In this document: positions 1-13,350 of the stretch, in pieces
How positions within the stretch are numbered: position 1 is the first letter of the stretch
Layout of the letters: each line of letters opens with the position of its first letter
Assembly: GCF_009914755.1 (NCBI RefSeq)
Contig: NC_060926.1
Length of the DNA: 64,000 nt
Direction: 5' to 3' (one strand)
DNA from: the human T2T-CHM13v2.0 reference genome, Homo sapiens
The notes under the pieces: generated by a model
Database searches by the model: none
What the model was told of the DNA's origin: nothing
What the model saw: the letters and a program-made list of their open reading frames with translations, nothing else
Made by a program: the position numbers and the translations under genes

Positions 1-149
1 CCGTGAGAATGGCACCACGACATCCATGAAGGATCCACCCCCATGGCCCAAACACCTCCTACTTAGGCCCCACCTCCCGACACCACCAAACTGGGGATAA
101 AATTTCAACATGAGATTTGTTGGAAACAAAACATGTCCAAACCATAGCA
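1..149 (-). mobile_element. MaLR LTR fragment (MST-like), cut by window start
   Basis: ggggataaaatttcaacatgagattt...ccaaaccatagca is the reverse-complement start of MST/THE1-type LTRs. Confidence 0.8.
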
Positions 150-969
150 GTTTATTTTGTGAAAGTGCTGAAGTTTGATGAGTATACTTCAATGATAAAA
201 AAATTAATATTGGCTTTCTAATTTATTTATAAAATAGATACAAAAAAGTCATTATTTATATGTCATTACAATAATCACATTGGCTTGGTGGTATCTAATA
301 AATTGGAGCCACATTGAAGTGAATTCTATACTATACCTCAGCATGTAAATTTACCTGAATTTTATGTCTTCAGTTGTAATTCTTCCAGTTATTTCTAGAC
401 TATATGTAGTTTATATTTCTAGATATTCTCCTAGAAAAGAGATTTTTCATGTTAAAGTCCTTACCATAAGGAAGTTTGACTGTCATTCCAAAGAATCTAC
501 TCTCTATCATTAATATAATAAGGAGATATGAAATGGAACATTTTACATTCATAACAACACAAAATTCTTATAAATTGCTGAAACATGAAATAACCAAATA
601 AACTTTATTATTGAAATGGGTTTCTTTAGAACATAAATGTGTAATGTATCTTCTCAAACTTGTTAAATCATAAAGAAGTGCGGTGATTTAGTAACATGAA
701 GCACAGTATATATAAAACTATGTAGCATAAAATGTTCAGCTGCTAAGGTAGCAGGAAGGTTCCAGGAGATATTTTCATAAATCTGGAAGTAGTTCACCTG
801 TTTCATTGATTGTCCTCATTTCATTTACCTAAATAGTGGGTCGTGATTCTCCTGTCTTTGGAGTTTACAAATTTCCTTTAGTTGAATCTGTGTGTTTTGA
901 AATGGTATTTCTTTCACGTATTAGAAAGTTGAATAACTTTGAAGAAAATGGAAATGACATTGTGTGGAT

Positions 970-1510
970 TGTCGGAAAACTAGAAAGATGTGATACCTTT
1001 CTTTATAAGGGTCAGGACCAGCACTACTATAACAAAGGCATGTTAATAAGAGAAAAGCAAAACAAATTTGTTTAATCCAAGTTTTACATGACACAGAAAA
1101 CTTCAAAAATGAAAAGCTAAAATCCAGGGAAAACTGTCTATGTTTAGGTTTGATGAAGAATGGACAGTCGAGTAGAAATGTGATTGGACAAAAGGCTGTG
1201 CTGTAGTGGTAATAAACTGGAAGGGGAAACACAGAGAGGCCTGATGGTTCAGATTCTTCTGGCCTGCCTGTATGGCATTTCTTCTTTCGAGTACAGGGCA
1301 GGACCTCTCTGGAATGAAGGTCTTTAAGGAAAAGAAGAGAAGGTTTTATGGCTTGCTTTGTAGCAGATGGGTTCTAGTTTCTAAGACTCACCTTCGAGAA
1401 GAGAAATTCTGTTTTTTTTTTATGATTTTCTTCTGGGTAGAAAATGCGATGGGAGACAGGAGGGCAAGAGAATGTGTGTCGATGAGGTTTGGTCAGTGGT
1501 GACTTAGGAA
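970..1510 (-). mobile_element. ERV1 LTR, MER34/MER39-like (approximate ends)
   Basis: gttttacatgacacag...tttaggtttgatgaagaatggacag...atgtgattggacaaaagg and gggcaggacctctctggaatgaaggtctt; homologous blocks recur at 36.6-37.2 kb. Confidence 0.6.
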
Positions 1511-1954
1511 ACATTATTAGGCTGCTTATTTGCTTATATGTTGACTTTCCATAAATGATTTTTGAGTTGAATGTTATAAAATGTAAATCTTTATATTTTT
1601 ATTTTCACTTTGGATTTTTTTTCTCATAACATACCAGTCTACTAATTTTCAAGGAACATTCTTATTAGTATATTTAAAAGGCCAAAATAGTATTACTCTT
1701 ATTTAATAATTAATTTAATCACAGTTAGCTAAAATTTGACTTTATCCAACCTGAAGACTTTTCCTAGAGAAGTGCTTATATTCATAATTAAACTAAAATT
1801 TTAGTTCAGAAGTATAAAATGTTGCTGTCTAATTTAAGAATAAAATACAAGTTTTTAGAAAGTTGTGTGGAAAGTTTTACATTGGACGAGAAAGACCAAA
1901 GAATTGATACGATGTTTAAAAAGATTTGGGTTGAATCTATAAACTAATAATATG

Positions 1955-2239
1955 GGCCAGCGTGGTGGCTCACACCTGTAATCCCAGCACTTTGGCAGGC
2001 CGAGGCAGATTATTTGAGGTCAGGAGTTCGAGACCAGCCTGACCAACATGATGAAACCCCATCTCTACTAAAATACAAAAATGAGGCGTGGTGGCGGTGG
2101 GTGCCTGTAATCTCAGCTACTTGAGAGTCCGAGGCAGGAGAATCACTTTAACCCAGTAGGCGGAGGTTGCAGTGAGCCAAGATTGCGCCACTGCACTCCA
2201 GCCTGGGTGACAGAGCGAGACTCCCTCTTAAAATAAAAG
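1955..2239 (+). mobile_element. AluS
   Basis: Dimeric Alu; imperfect TSD taaactaataat / taaactgataat. Confidence 0.95.
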
Positions 2240-2989
2240 TAAACTGATAATTTGGATGAATGTTACAATGTTCTATAACATGGGTGAATTTTAATCGCAG
2301 TACCATTGAGTATCTATTAGGTCTAAGTCACTACATAAGGCCTTTCCCTGCATTTGAGCCAGAGTAGATATTCCAGTCTCGGCTGCCTCTTACCTTGCCA
2401 ATGATTGGGATTAGCACTACCAGCCAGGTGGCAAGGCATATACAATACGTATAAGGTTGGAAGAACATTGAACAAGAAAAGAAAACTGAAGCTTTAGCTT
2501 TTATGCCTACCCTCTAGGGCATTATTAATAAGTCCACAAACTGTGAAAAAACTGTAAGAATGCTCCACTCTAGTAAAAAATGAAAGGACAGTGCTACTTT
2601 CCAGATCCTAATGATGTAAGTCCTGCTCTGCTTTGAAGAAAACCTATAATTTCACAATATTTAAAACTTAAAGTGCTAGGGAAGTATTAAGATTTCATCT
2701 TTTTCACATTTACTTAGCTGTCTTCTGAAAATGAATAAGATCCACTATCTTATTTTGACAGATTTTAAATTATTGTGTTTTGTATACACATTTGTTTTGT
2801 GACTTTTATTGCATTTGCATTTCACCTTGGCACTTTTTAAGTACACTTAATAAATATGTTTTAATGATGAGGACAACTGTGAGTTGACCTTTCCTGAAGG
2901 TAGTGGTGAAAATACCAATATACAAAAGCGGCATCTGCCATGATGATGAGGAGCCGTAGTTTAAATAGATCTGGGTTGCTACTGTACTC

Positions 2990-3598
2990 TCCAAGTTAGT
3001 GTCCTAGTTTCTTCTCTTGTTTCTTACTTTCCATTTTCCACAGAGCAGCTACAGATATCTTTTTAAAATATATTAATCATATATAATTCTCCTACTTAAA
3101 ACCGTGAAATGATCTTAGGAGAAATTTAGTCGTCTTTCTTCAGTCTAAAAGCCCTATATGACTTTGGTACTCGCCTTCCTCTCGCTCCCTATCCATCCTC
3201 AACACAGTCCTCCTTGCTTGTTCTCTTCAGTCACCTCGGCTTTCCTTCTGTCCCTTGAGTGCACCACCTCCTTGCAGCCTTAGCACTTTTGCACTTGCAG
3301 TCACCTGTGACTGAAACCATCTGCCCTTAGACCATCCTAAAGGTACTTCTTGCTTGTCATTCTGGTCTCAGCTAGGAGGTCATGTTTTCAATGTGGGCTC
3401 CCCTGACCACCTCATCAAAAATAACATTCTCCCCCAAATTATTATATCACTTTACTACATTTTCTTTATAGCTGACTTATTTTCTTCAGTTATTTTGTGA
3501 TCTGTTCTCCCCTACACATAAGTAAGTTTCCTGAGGGTGATGCCTCTGTATTGCATGCTACATCATAGGCTATAAACACATATTTGCTGGAATAATAA
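2990..3598 (+). mobile_element. L2 3' fragment
   Basis: Typical L2 motifs (tttgcacttgcag, tcattctggtctcagct, cccctgaccacc, tttcctgagggt) ending in catatttgctggaataa. Confidence 0.7.
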
Positions 3599-5054
3599 AA
3601 AAATTCCATGTGAAAGTACTTTATATAAATGCTAATGCACATCACGATATAAGATGCAGTTACTAGCTAAGCAACAGTCAGACAACTCCTTTTTATGTAT
3701 TTGTTCTGGCAACCTGAATAAAAGCATATGTAATCTGTGAGTGTGTATTGTCTTTAAGGACAGGTAGGTAAGTGGTCATCTAATGTTCACGGGGCACACA
3801 TTTTGATACGGATTTATTTTCCACCCACTGTGCATCTTCTGCTGTGGCAATAATTAGAGCCTGTGAACTGAAGTGAAGGAAACATTTACAATGTTGAATA
3901 ACCTAAAGGGAAGACAAGGGTATCTAATTAGTCTTTCTTGTGACAATCTTTTTTTGGATTAATATTCTTTTCTTTTGAAAAGTCTAACAGTGGATTCTTA
4001 TGTCACTGACTCTACTGATAATTAATAGTGTTCACCATACACCTACACACACTCCCTCCAAAATATCCTCTCGTAATGCCACTACTGGAAAGAACAATTT
4101 CAATTAGAAAGGAGAGCTTTTGAAGTATATATCATGTGGTCTATTATAAGAAATGTGTCCTATTATAAACGAAAAAAATCTCTGCCAGAACATAATATTT
4201 TATGTAACATGCCTGGTATATTGTTTAACAAAACATTTTATGGATACTTCATTAGGGCATGACTTGATTAAGAAGCAGGACTAGCATTCACCCACATTGT
4301 CTTTTCTTGAATCTGTAAGATGTGTTCCTGTACGATTTTCACCCTACTTATAAGCTTATTAACTTAGGAATGTTGTGACAGAGCCTTTATTTTTGAATCT
4401 TGTAATTATAATTAATAGTAAGTTAAAGGGAAGTAGAAAGCTTATATTCAAAGTTTGAAGTAAAATGACTTTGTGGCACTTAGGGCAGGTGCCAGGAAGA
4501 AATTAAGCAAAAGCTTATTATTCTTATTTATTAGAACTTTGGGATGACATCTTTGAGGATGATAGTCATTTTATGGTTACAAGAGGGAGACCTATTTGTG
4601 GACAAAGCTTGAGGAGGGGTATCCTGCTATCTTCAGCTCCGCATGCCCAGGGTCTAAAATGAGCTTTTCCCCCAAGATTAGCAACTACTTTGTGCTAGTT
4701 GCATATGTGCAAGTAAGGATAGGAGTGAATGTGTACATACTCTCCACTACTTCCCTCAGTGTGTTCCTGAAATCCCTATCATGAAAGAAACAACCACAAA
4801 ATTTCCTTATATTAACTTGTGAAAGTGTTATTTATGATGGCTACATTTTTGCCAGAGAGTGACTTAACATCATATAAAACACAGTAATGTACGATGTTTA
4901 TCAAAACTAAGAGAAAACATCGTTTAATTGTAAATATCTACAGTTTTAAGTAGGGAATGTCCTACCCATGGTCTTTAAAAGAAAAAAGTATGAATGATAG
5001 ATGTTAACTATATGAAGGGCCAAATTACAAGGAAGTTCAATAATGTTGAATAAT

Positions 5055-5530
5055 AGTAATAATAGTTGACATTTGTGGAAAGCTGACAAATGTTCAGATA
5101 ATTGTTCTAAGTACTTTACATATATCAACTTATTTTATACTCAAATGCCCTGATGGATCAGTATTTTTACCCTGTTTTCACAAATAAAAAAGCTGGGCTG
5201 TACAACATAATCAGCTAGTAATTAAGTTGTGGGCCATTCTTCAAATCTAGGCAGGCAGGCCCCAGATACCCTGTCTCTCTGTGCTGTGACAATGTTCACT
5301 AAATTTTCACTATGTGTCTAGCACCATTCTAAGTCCTGTACAAGTATTAACTTTAAAAATTCCCATAATAAGCTTATGTGATCAATCCTACAGTAGTCCC
5401 ATTTCTTCAGGTGAGGTACCTGACAAAATTCTTGATAAGGAATTTATCCAAGAATGTCTAGCTAGCTAACACTGGAACAAGAATTCAAACTCACATCTTA
5501 CTTCAGAGCCAACACTTTTAAACATTAGTC
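5055..5530 (-). mobile_element. Two tandem MIR fragments
   Basis: ttctaagtactttacatatatc...ttttcacaaataaaaaagctg, then gcaccattctaagt...ccatttcttcaggtgagg...gaattcaaactca. Confidence 0.65.
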
Positions 5531-5552
5531 TACCCCATGTCATGCAAATGTT

Positions 5553-5774
5553 TAGGGATCAGCAAACTATGGCCCACAGGCCAAACCTAGCCCACCAACT
5601 GGTTTTGTAACTAAAGTTTTGTTGGAACACATCCTTAATCATTCGTTTATGTTTTGTCTATGTCTGCTTTCATGCTACAAGAGCAGAGCTGAAAAGTTAC
5701 AACAGATAACATATGGCCCATAGCCTAAATTATTTACTCTCTGGTCCTTTTCAGAAAACGTTTGCCAACCTCTG
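5553..5774 (+). mobile_element. MER58A (hAT-Charlie MITE)
   Basis: Termini tagggatcagcaaac / gtttgccaacctctg; internal taaagttttgttggaacac. Confidence 0.85.
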
Positions 5775-6039
5775 CTTTAGACCATGAGTGTTTCTTTAGC
5801 AATTATCTTTGCTTGATCCATCCCACCACCACCCTGAATCTAGACAATTTTCAGAAAATAGCAAGTGACAATAGTTTTAACTTTTTACACATGGTTAGAA
5901 AATGACAAAAAAGACCAGTTCTTTAGAAACTTCAAAATGCATCTGAATAAGTACCCTAGACACACATAAAACAACATTCTCTGCTCTTGCTTTCATCTAA
6001 AAAAGGAAAAGTCAACAGAGGTGTTGAGCTAACTCTACT

Positions 6040-6195
6040 TAAAGATATGGACTTGAGACAGTTCACTCAAGTTCATGTATTCTGGCTTTACCACTTCCTA
6101 GCTTTGTGACCTCGGGTGGATCACTTAACCTCTATGTATCCCAGTTCCTCCACCTGGAAAAATGGGGATAGTGGTAAACATAACTCATAGGAGAA
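6040..6195 (+). mobile_element. MIR (interrupted by Tigger1; resumes at about 9367-9440)
   Basis: MIR core tgtgacctcgggtggatcacttaacctctatgtatcccagttcctccacctggaaaaatgggg. Confidence 0.8.
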
Positions 6196-6267
6196 CAGGA
6201 ATATCTCATTTTATCGCATTTCACTTTGTTGCATTTCATAGTTACTACTTTTTTTTTCTAACTGAAG

Positions 6268-7530
6268 TGTATTGCTTAATATGCTGTTATAAAGACATAC
6301 CTGAGACTGGGAAATTTATGAAGAAAAGAGATTTAATTGTCTCACAGTTCTGCATGGCTGGGGAGACCGCAGGAAATTCACAATCATGGCAGAAGGCACC
6401 CCTTCACAGGGCATCAGGAGAGGGAATGAGAGCAGAGTGGAGGGGGAAGCCCCATATGAAACCATCAGATCTCATAAGAACTCACTTACTGTCATCAGAA
6501 CAACATGGGGGAAACCACCCCCAGGATTCAATTTTCTCCACCTGGTCCTGCCCTTGACATGTGGGGATTGTTATAATTCAAGGTGAGATTTGGGTGGGTA
6601 CACAGAGCCAAACCATATCATTTTACTCCTGGTCCCTCCCAAATCTCATAACCTCAAATTTCAAAACACAATCATGTCCTTCCCAGTCCCCCAAAGTCTC
6701 AACTCATTTCATCATTAACTCAAAAGTCCAAGTCCAAATTCTCGTCTGAGACAAGTTCCTTCTGCCTATGAGCCTGTAAAATCAAAAGCAAGTTAGTTAC
6801 TTCCTAGACACACTGGGGATACAGGCAGTTGGTAAATATACCCATTCCAAATGGGAGAAATTGGCCAAAACAAAGGGGCTACAGGTGCCAGACAAGTCCA
6901 AAATCCAGTAGGGCAGTCATTAAACGTTAAAATTCCAAAATGTTCTCTTTGACTCCATGTCTCACATCCAGGTCACATTGATGCAAGAGGTGGACTCCCA
7001 TAGCCTTGGGCAGCTCCACCCCTGTGGCTTTGCAGGATACAGCCCCCTCCCAGCTGCTTTCATGGGTATTGAGTGTCTGTAGCTTTTCCAGGTGCACAGT
7101 GCAAGCTGTCAGTAAACCTACCATTCTGGGGTCTGAAGGACAGTGGCCCTCTTCTTACAGCTCCGTTAGGCAATGCCCCAGTTGGGACTGTTTGTGGGGG
7201 CTCCAAACCCACATTTCCCTTCCACACTGCTCTAGCAGAGGTTCTCCATGAGGAAGCCACCCTACAGCAGACGTCTGCCTGGACATCCAGGCATGTCTAT
7301 ACATCTTCGGAAACCTTGGCAGAGGTTCCCAAACCTCAATTCTTGACTTCTGATCCCCCACAGGCCCAACACATGTAAGCTGCCAATGTTTGGGCCTTGC
7401 ACCCTCTGAAGCAAAGGCCTGAGCTGTATGTTTGCCCCTGTTAGTCATTGCTGGGATGCAGGGCACCGAGTCCCAAGACTGCACAAAGCAGCAAGTACCT
7501 GGGCCTGGCTCATGAAACCATTTTTTCATT
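6268..7530 (-). mobile_element. THE1D-like LTR (6268-6620) plus truncated THE1 internal region
   Basis: tgtatt...ccaaaccatatca LTR followed by internal sequence colinear with 53354 onward; stops abruptly near 7530. Confidence 0.9.
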
Positions 7531-7674
7531 TTAAGTTTTGAGGAAAGAAGCTATCTCCATAACATAAAAGTATGGTGAAGCAACAAGTGCTGAAGTAGAA
7601 GCTATAACGAGTTATCCAGAAGACATAGCTAAGATAATGAATGAAGGTGGCTAAACTAAAAAATCATCAGCATA

Positions 7675-7963
<289 letters not shown>

Positions 7964-9620
7964 TCAGCATAAACAGCCCTTTATTGGAAGAACATATTAT
8001 TTAAAACTCTTAAATCTAGAGAGGTAAAGTCAATGCTTGGCTTCAACAACTCCACCTGACAGGCTGACTTTCTTGTTAGGGGCTAATGCAGCTGGTAACT
8101 TTAAGTTGAAGCCAATGCTCATTGACCATGTTGAAAATCCTAGGATCTTTAAGATTATGCTAAATCTATTTTGCCTATGATTTATAAATGTAACAACAAA
8201 GCCTAGATGACAGCCCATCTGTTTACAACATGGTTTAATGAATATTCTAAGCCCACCTTTGAGACCTACTGTTCAGAAAAAAAAATGATTCTTTACAAAA
8301 TATTACTTCCCATTTAAAATTCACCTGGTCACTCAAGAACTGTGATGAAGATGTACAAGGAGACAAATGTTATTTTCATGCCTGCTGACAGAACATCAAT
8401 TCTGCTTCCCGTGGGTCAATGAGTAATTTCAACTTTCAATTCTTATTTTTTAAAAACTATATTTTGTAAGGCTATAGCTGCCATAGACAGTGATTCCTCT
8501 GATGGATCTGGGCAAAGTAAACTGAAAACCTTCTGGAAAGAGACTTTCATGATTTATAGGAAGAGATCAAAATATAAACATTAACAGAAGTTTGAAAGAA
8601 GTTGATGCAAACTCTCATGGATGACTTTGAGAGGTTCAAGACTTCCCTGGAGGAAGTCACATCAGATGTGATAGAAATAGCAAAAGAACCATAATTAGAA
8701 GTGCATCCTGAAAATGCGATTCAATTGCTACAATTTTATGATAAAACTTGAATGGATAAAGAGTTGCTTCTTATTGATGAGCAAAGAAAGTAGTTTCTTG
8801 GGATGGAATCTACTCCTGGGTGAAGATGCTGTGAACATTGTTGAAATAACAATGAAGGATTTAAAATATTTCATAAACATATTTGATAAAGATGTTTGAG
8901 AGGGTTGACTCCAATTTTGAAAGAAGTTCCACTGTGGGTAAAATGCTATCAAACAATATCACATGCCACAGAGAAATCTTTTTGAAATGAAAAGTACATC
9001 AATGTGGCAAACTTCATTGTTGTCTTATTTTCAGAATTTGCTACAACCATCTAGCCTTCAGGAACCACAACTCTGATTGGTCAGCAGCCATCAACATCAA
9101 GGCAAGACCCTCCACCAGCAGAAAGATTATGACTGGATGAATGTTAAGATCAGCCCCATTTTTTAGCAATAAAGTATTTTTTCATTGTCAGTTTAGACAT
9201 AATACTATTATATACTTAATATACTATAGTATAGGGTAAACATAACTTTTATATGTACTGGGAAACCAAAAAGTTTATATGATTTGCTTTATTGTGATAT
9301 TCACTTTGTTGAGATTGTCTGAAACCAAGATTGCCTGATACCTGGAGTATCTCCAAGGTATGCCTGTATTATAGCCATTGAATGAATTTATGTATGCAAT
9401 GTTGGGAAGAGGAACTGAATCCTATAAAGTATTAGTTATTACTCCTATTCTTCAGCTTCTTCAAAAGACTGATTCAGAGGTAAACAGAATGGTCGAAGGT
9501 GAGCCCTAAGTATAACTGGGTAAATTTTTAATGAATGAAAAGCCTGTGGAATCAATGATTATTAAGTATTGTTCTACATTTATTTTTAGAGACCTCTATG
9601 AAAATAAAAAATAAAAAGTC

Positions 9621-9899
9621 CGCCAGGTGCAGTGGCTCACGCCTGTAATCCCAGCACTTTGGGAGGCCGAGGTGGGCGGATCATGAGGTCAAAAGTTTGA
9701 GACCAGCCTGATAAACATGGTGAAATTCCATCTGTACTAAAAATACAAACATTAGCCAGACATGGTGGCACGCACCTGTAATCCCAGCTACTCAAGAGGC
9801 TAAGGCAGGATAATTGCTTGAACTTGGGAGGGGGAGGTTGTAGTGAGCCGAGATCACACCACTGCTCTCCAGTCTGGGCAACAGAGCGACACTCCGTCT

Positions 9900-9941
<42 letters not shown>
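9621..9941 (+). mobile_element. AluS (Sg-like) with A41 tail
   Basis: Full Alu with ggatcatgaggtc; pure A run 9901-9941. Confidence 0.95.
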
Positions 9942-9944
<3 letters not shown>

Positions 9945-10717
9945 ATGTCCTCTGACAACTTGATGTATAATACCGGACTTCTACTATTAGCACAAGAAAA
10001 TGAGTTAAAGATCTTAAAGATCTTGGTAAGTGCAGCATGTACATCTGCACAAAAACTTATGTAGACAGATTGTGGGAGAGGCTCTCCTCCCTTGGTTTCT
10101 CTGGCAGTACCAGAGCATATTAACTGTAAAGAACAGGTTCTTCTAACCCCTCTAACACTATTGTGTCTGGTGGTACCCAGCTCTGATACAATACACTGGC
10201 AATTTCTAAATTGGTTCTTTACCTCAGGGCTTAATAATGACTAAATGACTTAAGCATTTACTGGGAATGATAATAGTTACATCCAAGCTCTGTAACAGGA
10301 ATTATTGATATTTATAGTACACATAGAAATAATAAATGATTGAAGATTCATACTAAGCTGGAGTAGCTAAAATTATGAGTCTTAAAGCCAAGCCATCCTG
10401 GGTTCAAAGTTGGCTTCCGTTCACTACCAAATGTAAGCTTGGGCAATTTATGTGGTATCTCTACTAACTCTGTTTACAATGGCATAAAATAACAATACTG
10501 ATAGTACCAACATCAGTCACTAAGTCATGTATTTGATGAATGTTTATTGAATAGCTACTATGTGCCAGCTACTATTGGGGTTGAGCATACAGCAAATAAT
10601 ACAGATATGAACCCCAGCTCTTTTGAGCTTTCATTTCACTTGTGAGAACTAAGCATTTAGTACCAGGTATGGGGCACATTAAATTTTCAAACAATGTTAA
10701 ATATCATTACCATTAGT

Positions 10718-10744
10718 TGATGATGATGATGATGATGATGATGA
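10718..10744. repeat. (TGA)9 microsatellite
   Basis: Read directly. Confidence 0.95.
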
Positions 10745-11066
10745 CAGTTATGTCTCATTATGGAGTTGAGAATAACACAATTTCTGTACGTGGGAAATAT
10801 TTCTGGTCCATAGCCCTTAAACTGCTTCCCTCCCACAGGAGTGATTTGAACTGAGATTTGGAACTCCTCCCTGGGGGTCTTTATCGCTATGTCCCAGTAT
10901 TTGCTGATGCACTTATTCCATAATAATTCAAAACCAGGTATTTATTAATATATTATCAAAGCATTAAATTCCTTTCTATATATGCTGAAAATATTTCTAT
11001 TCAGCTAAAGAACATTGTATGCCTTGCTGAAATGTGTGTAGAATTACCCACAAAAGTCATTTACAG

Positions 11067-11098
<32 letters not shown>

Positions 11099-11240
11099 AT
11101 ATCTATAAATAGACAGATATTTATACATATATAAATATATGTGTGTATATCTATATATTTATAGATATATGTATATATATACAGATATATCTATCTATAT
11201 ATATATATACACACATATGTGTGTGTACATGTATGTATCT
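11067..11240. repeat. Compound TA/TG/CA microsatellite
   Basis: Read directly. Confidence 0.9.
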
Positions 11241-12954
11241 ATGCCAGTGTTAGAAAAGGAATATATGGACAAATCAGAGTGTGATTAGGAGGATCAGTTC
11301 ATGTGGAATAGGAGTCAAAGTTGTTTAAGGTGTCACAGAGGAGGCCACATAGTGGAGGGGATGAGAAGAGTCAGAAAAAAGTACTTCCAAATCTGATTAG
11401 CTATCAGTGGGTTTGTATTTATATTTTTGCCTTAACTTCTACAAATAATTCCTCTCACAAAAGTCATTTTGGAAACTTATCTTTCAAAGTTCGTAAAAAC
11501 ATCAATGATTTTAGTTATCTTCACTTAAAGAGGGTAATTTATCATCTGGTCAAGGGTGCATGTGTCTGCCAGGAAAGCTGTGAGCCAACATACATCATAC
11601 TCAGTAGCTTCAAGGATTCAGTTTGCCTTCTTGTGTGTATTTGAATACAGAATTCATTTTAATCTGACATTTTTTACCTCTCATCATATTTTTCTTCTAA
11701 TTAAGTTCTATAAATGTATCTTCTATCCGGTTTGAGCTGTAATAAATTCTTTACTTGAATTGGCCTTCTGAAAGTCACAAACCAACATTATGATGAATTG
11801 CAAAATGAATAATTTCCCTTCCACTGTGTTTATTTTGAGCAGCAAAATGCTGGAGAAAAATGAAACAATGTTTCACTAGAAAGAAGGCCATGCCCATAGT
11901 GGTTACATGGCTTTGACCTGAATGCTGCTAATGCTGAAGCCAGTAGATTCCCAAAACTGTGTAGGTCTAATTTAAAAATAATTTTTCAGTTGATAATTTT
12001 AGAGTTTAATGATATTAATGTAAGATATAAATAATGAGAAATGTTTTGCTCTCATATAAGCCTGGAGTTAGCTAGCCATGTTGGTGTGGACTAGAGCCAT
12101 GGTTTCTTTGGGAAATGTGTTTCTTAAAATCCATATTGCAGAAGAAAAGAACAAGGCCATTTATAGAATAGACTAAGGGAAAAATGAACATGTGATCGCT
12201 GTTTTTTAAATCATCATATGTCTTACCGCACCACATTGGCAAGTAAATGTATTATTGTCTTTGAATTTAGATGGCCAAATTGAAATTGAACAATTTGTTA
12301 CTAATATTTAGGTTGGAATTTTAATAGGTGCTTAACATTGGACACATCTGTTCCCATTACATTGTAAGGCATAGATGAAACTTTATACAAATAAGATTAA
12401 AGCATTGCCATAGCTAAAATATCAGGCATTAACCTTGTAGACTTTTGATTTTAAAATAGTTGAGCTCCAGTATTAAAATAGCCACAGTGATCAGAGTCCA
12501 GTTCAAATAATAGTGCTTAATGTGTTAATCATTAATCTTACATACTTCTTTCTCATTTCCCTCTATGCCTTTATAGAGTGGGAATTGCCTTATATCTTGA
12601 ATTCATTACTGTAATTTGTGTACTGTGCATTGACTGAAGCCAATTTAAGTGGTAATGTAGGATAGAATTTTAGTTCCTTCACTTTGTGTAGATAGTGGGC
12701 CATGGAGTTAATGTTTCATTTATAGTATTTATTACAGAACTATGATAATGTGGTTATGATTCATGATCTTTTCCTGGATAATGGCTGATTTAAGACATAT
12801 TATAGTTTGAAAACAATGTTGATGTTCTATAGTAACCATGACCACTGGTCCAAATATCCCAACATAAAAATACCATTGGCATAATTTTTCTTCCCTTAAA
12901 GAAAAACCATAATTACTCTTTTCAAACCAGAATTAGATATGCACAATCACCTAA

Positions 12955-13105
12955 ACCAACTACTTTGTCTTGCAAATGAGGAATCCGAGATCCAGTGAAG
13001 CTGACTAGATTGATGGAGATCAGAAAGCTACTAGTGTTAGAGCTATAGCAGGGATGCAGAACCTGCTTCCTCTTATTTTGGGGCCAGTACTCTCAAAACT
13101 ATCCT
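12955..13105 (-). mobile_element. MIR fragment just upstream of the exon
   Basis: ttgcaaatgaggaatccgagatccagtgaagctgact resembles the antisense MIR core. Confidence 0.55.
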
Positions 13106-13206
13106 GCCTTGCTAAAATCGGATAATCACTGCCATTTCATTTATTCATATTCTGAAAACATTTGCTATTATCTCCCCATAACTCTTTTTTCTTTCTCCTC
13201 GCGCAG

Positions 13207-13350
13207 TGTCTCCATGCAACCCCACAAAGACATCCTAGTCTCCTGTGGCGAGGACCGACTCTGGAAGGTGTTGGGCCTTCCAAAATGCAATGTGCTTCTC
13301 ACGGGATTTGGCCACACTGACTGGCTTTCAGACTGCTGCTTCCATCCCAG
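13207..13350 (+). CDS. SPAG16: Internal coding exon (144 nt, phase 2-2) of sperm-associated antigen 16, WD40-repeat region
   Basis: Polypyrimidine tract ctcttttttctttctcctcgcgcAG acceptor; donor AG|GTCAGT; peptide VSMQPHKDILVSCGEDRLWKVLGLPKCNVLLTGFGHTDWLSDCCFHP has WD40 features (LVSCGED..WK, GHTDW...FHP) and matches SPAG16 from memory; GC content higher than the flanks. Confidence 0.92.

Noticed and set aside
9637-10064. Alu-derived ORFs with poly-F or poly-K (also 7725, 18419, 19755, 33434, 61435)
   Set aside because: Translation of Alu bodies and A/T tails
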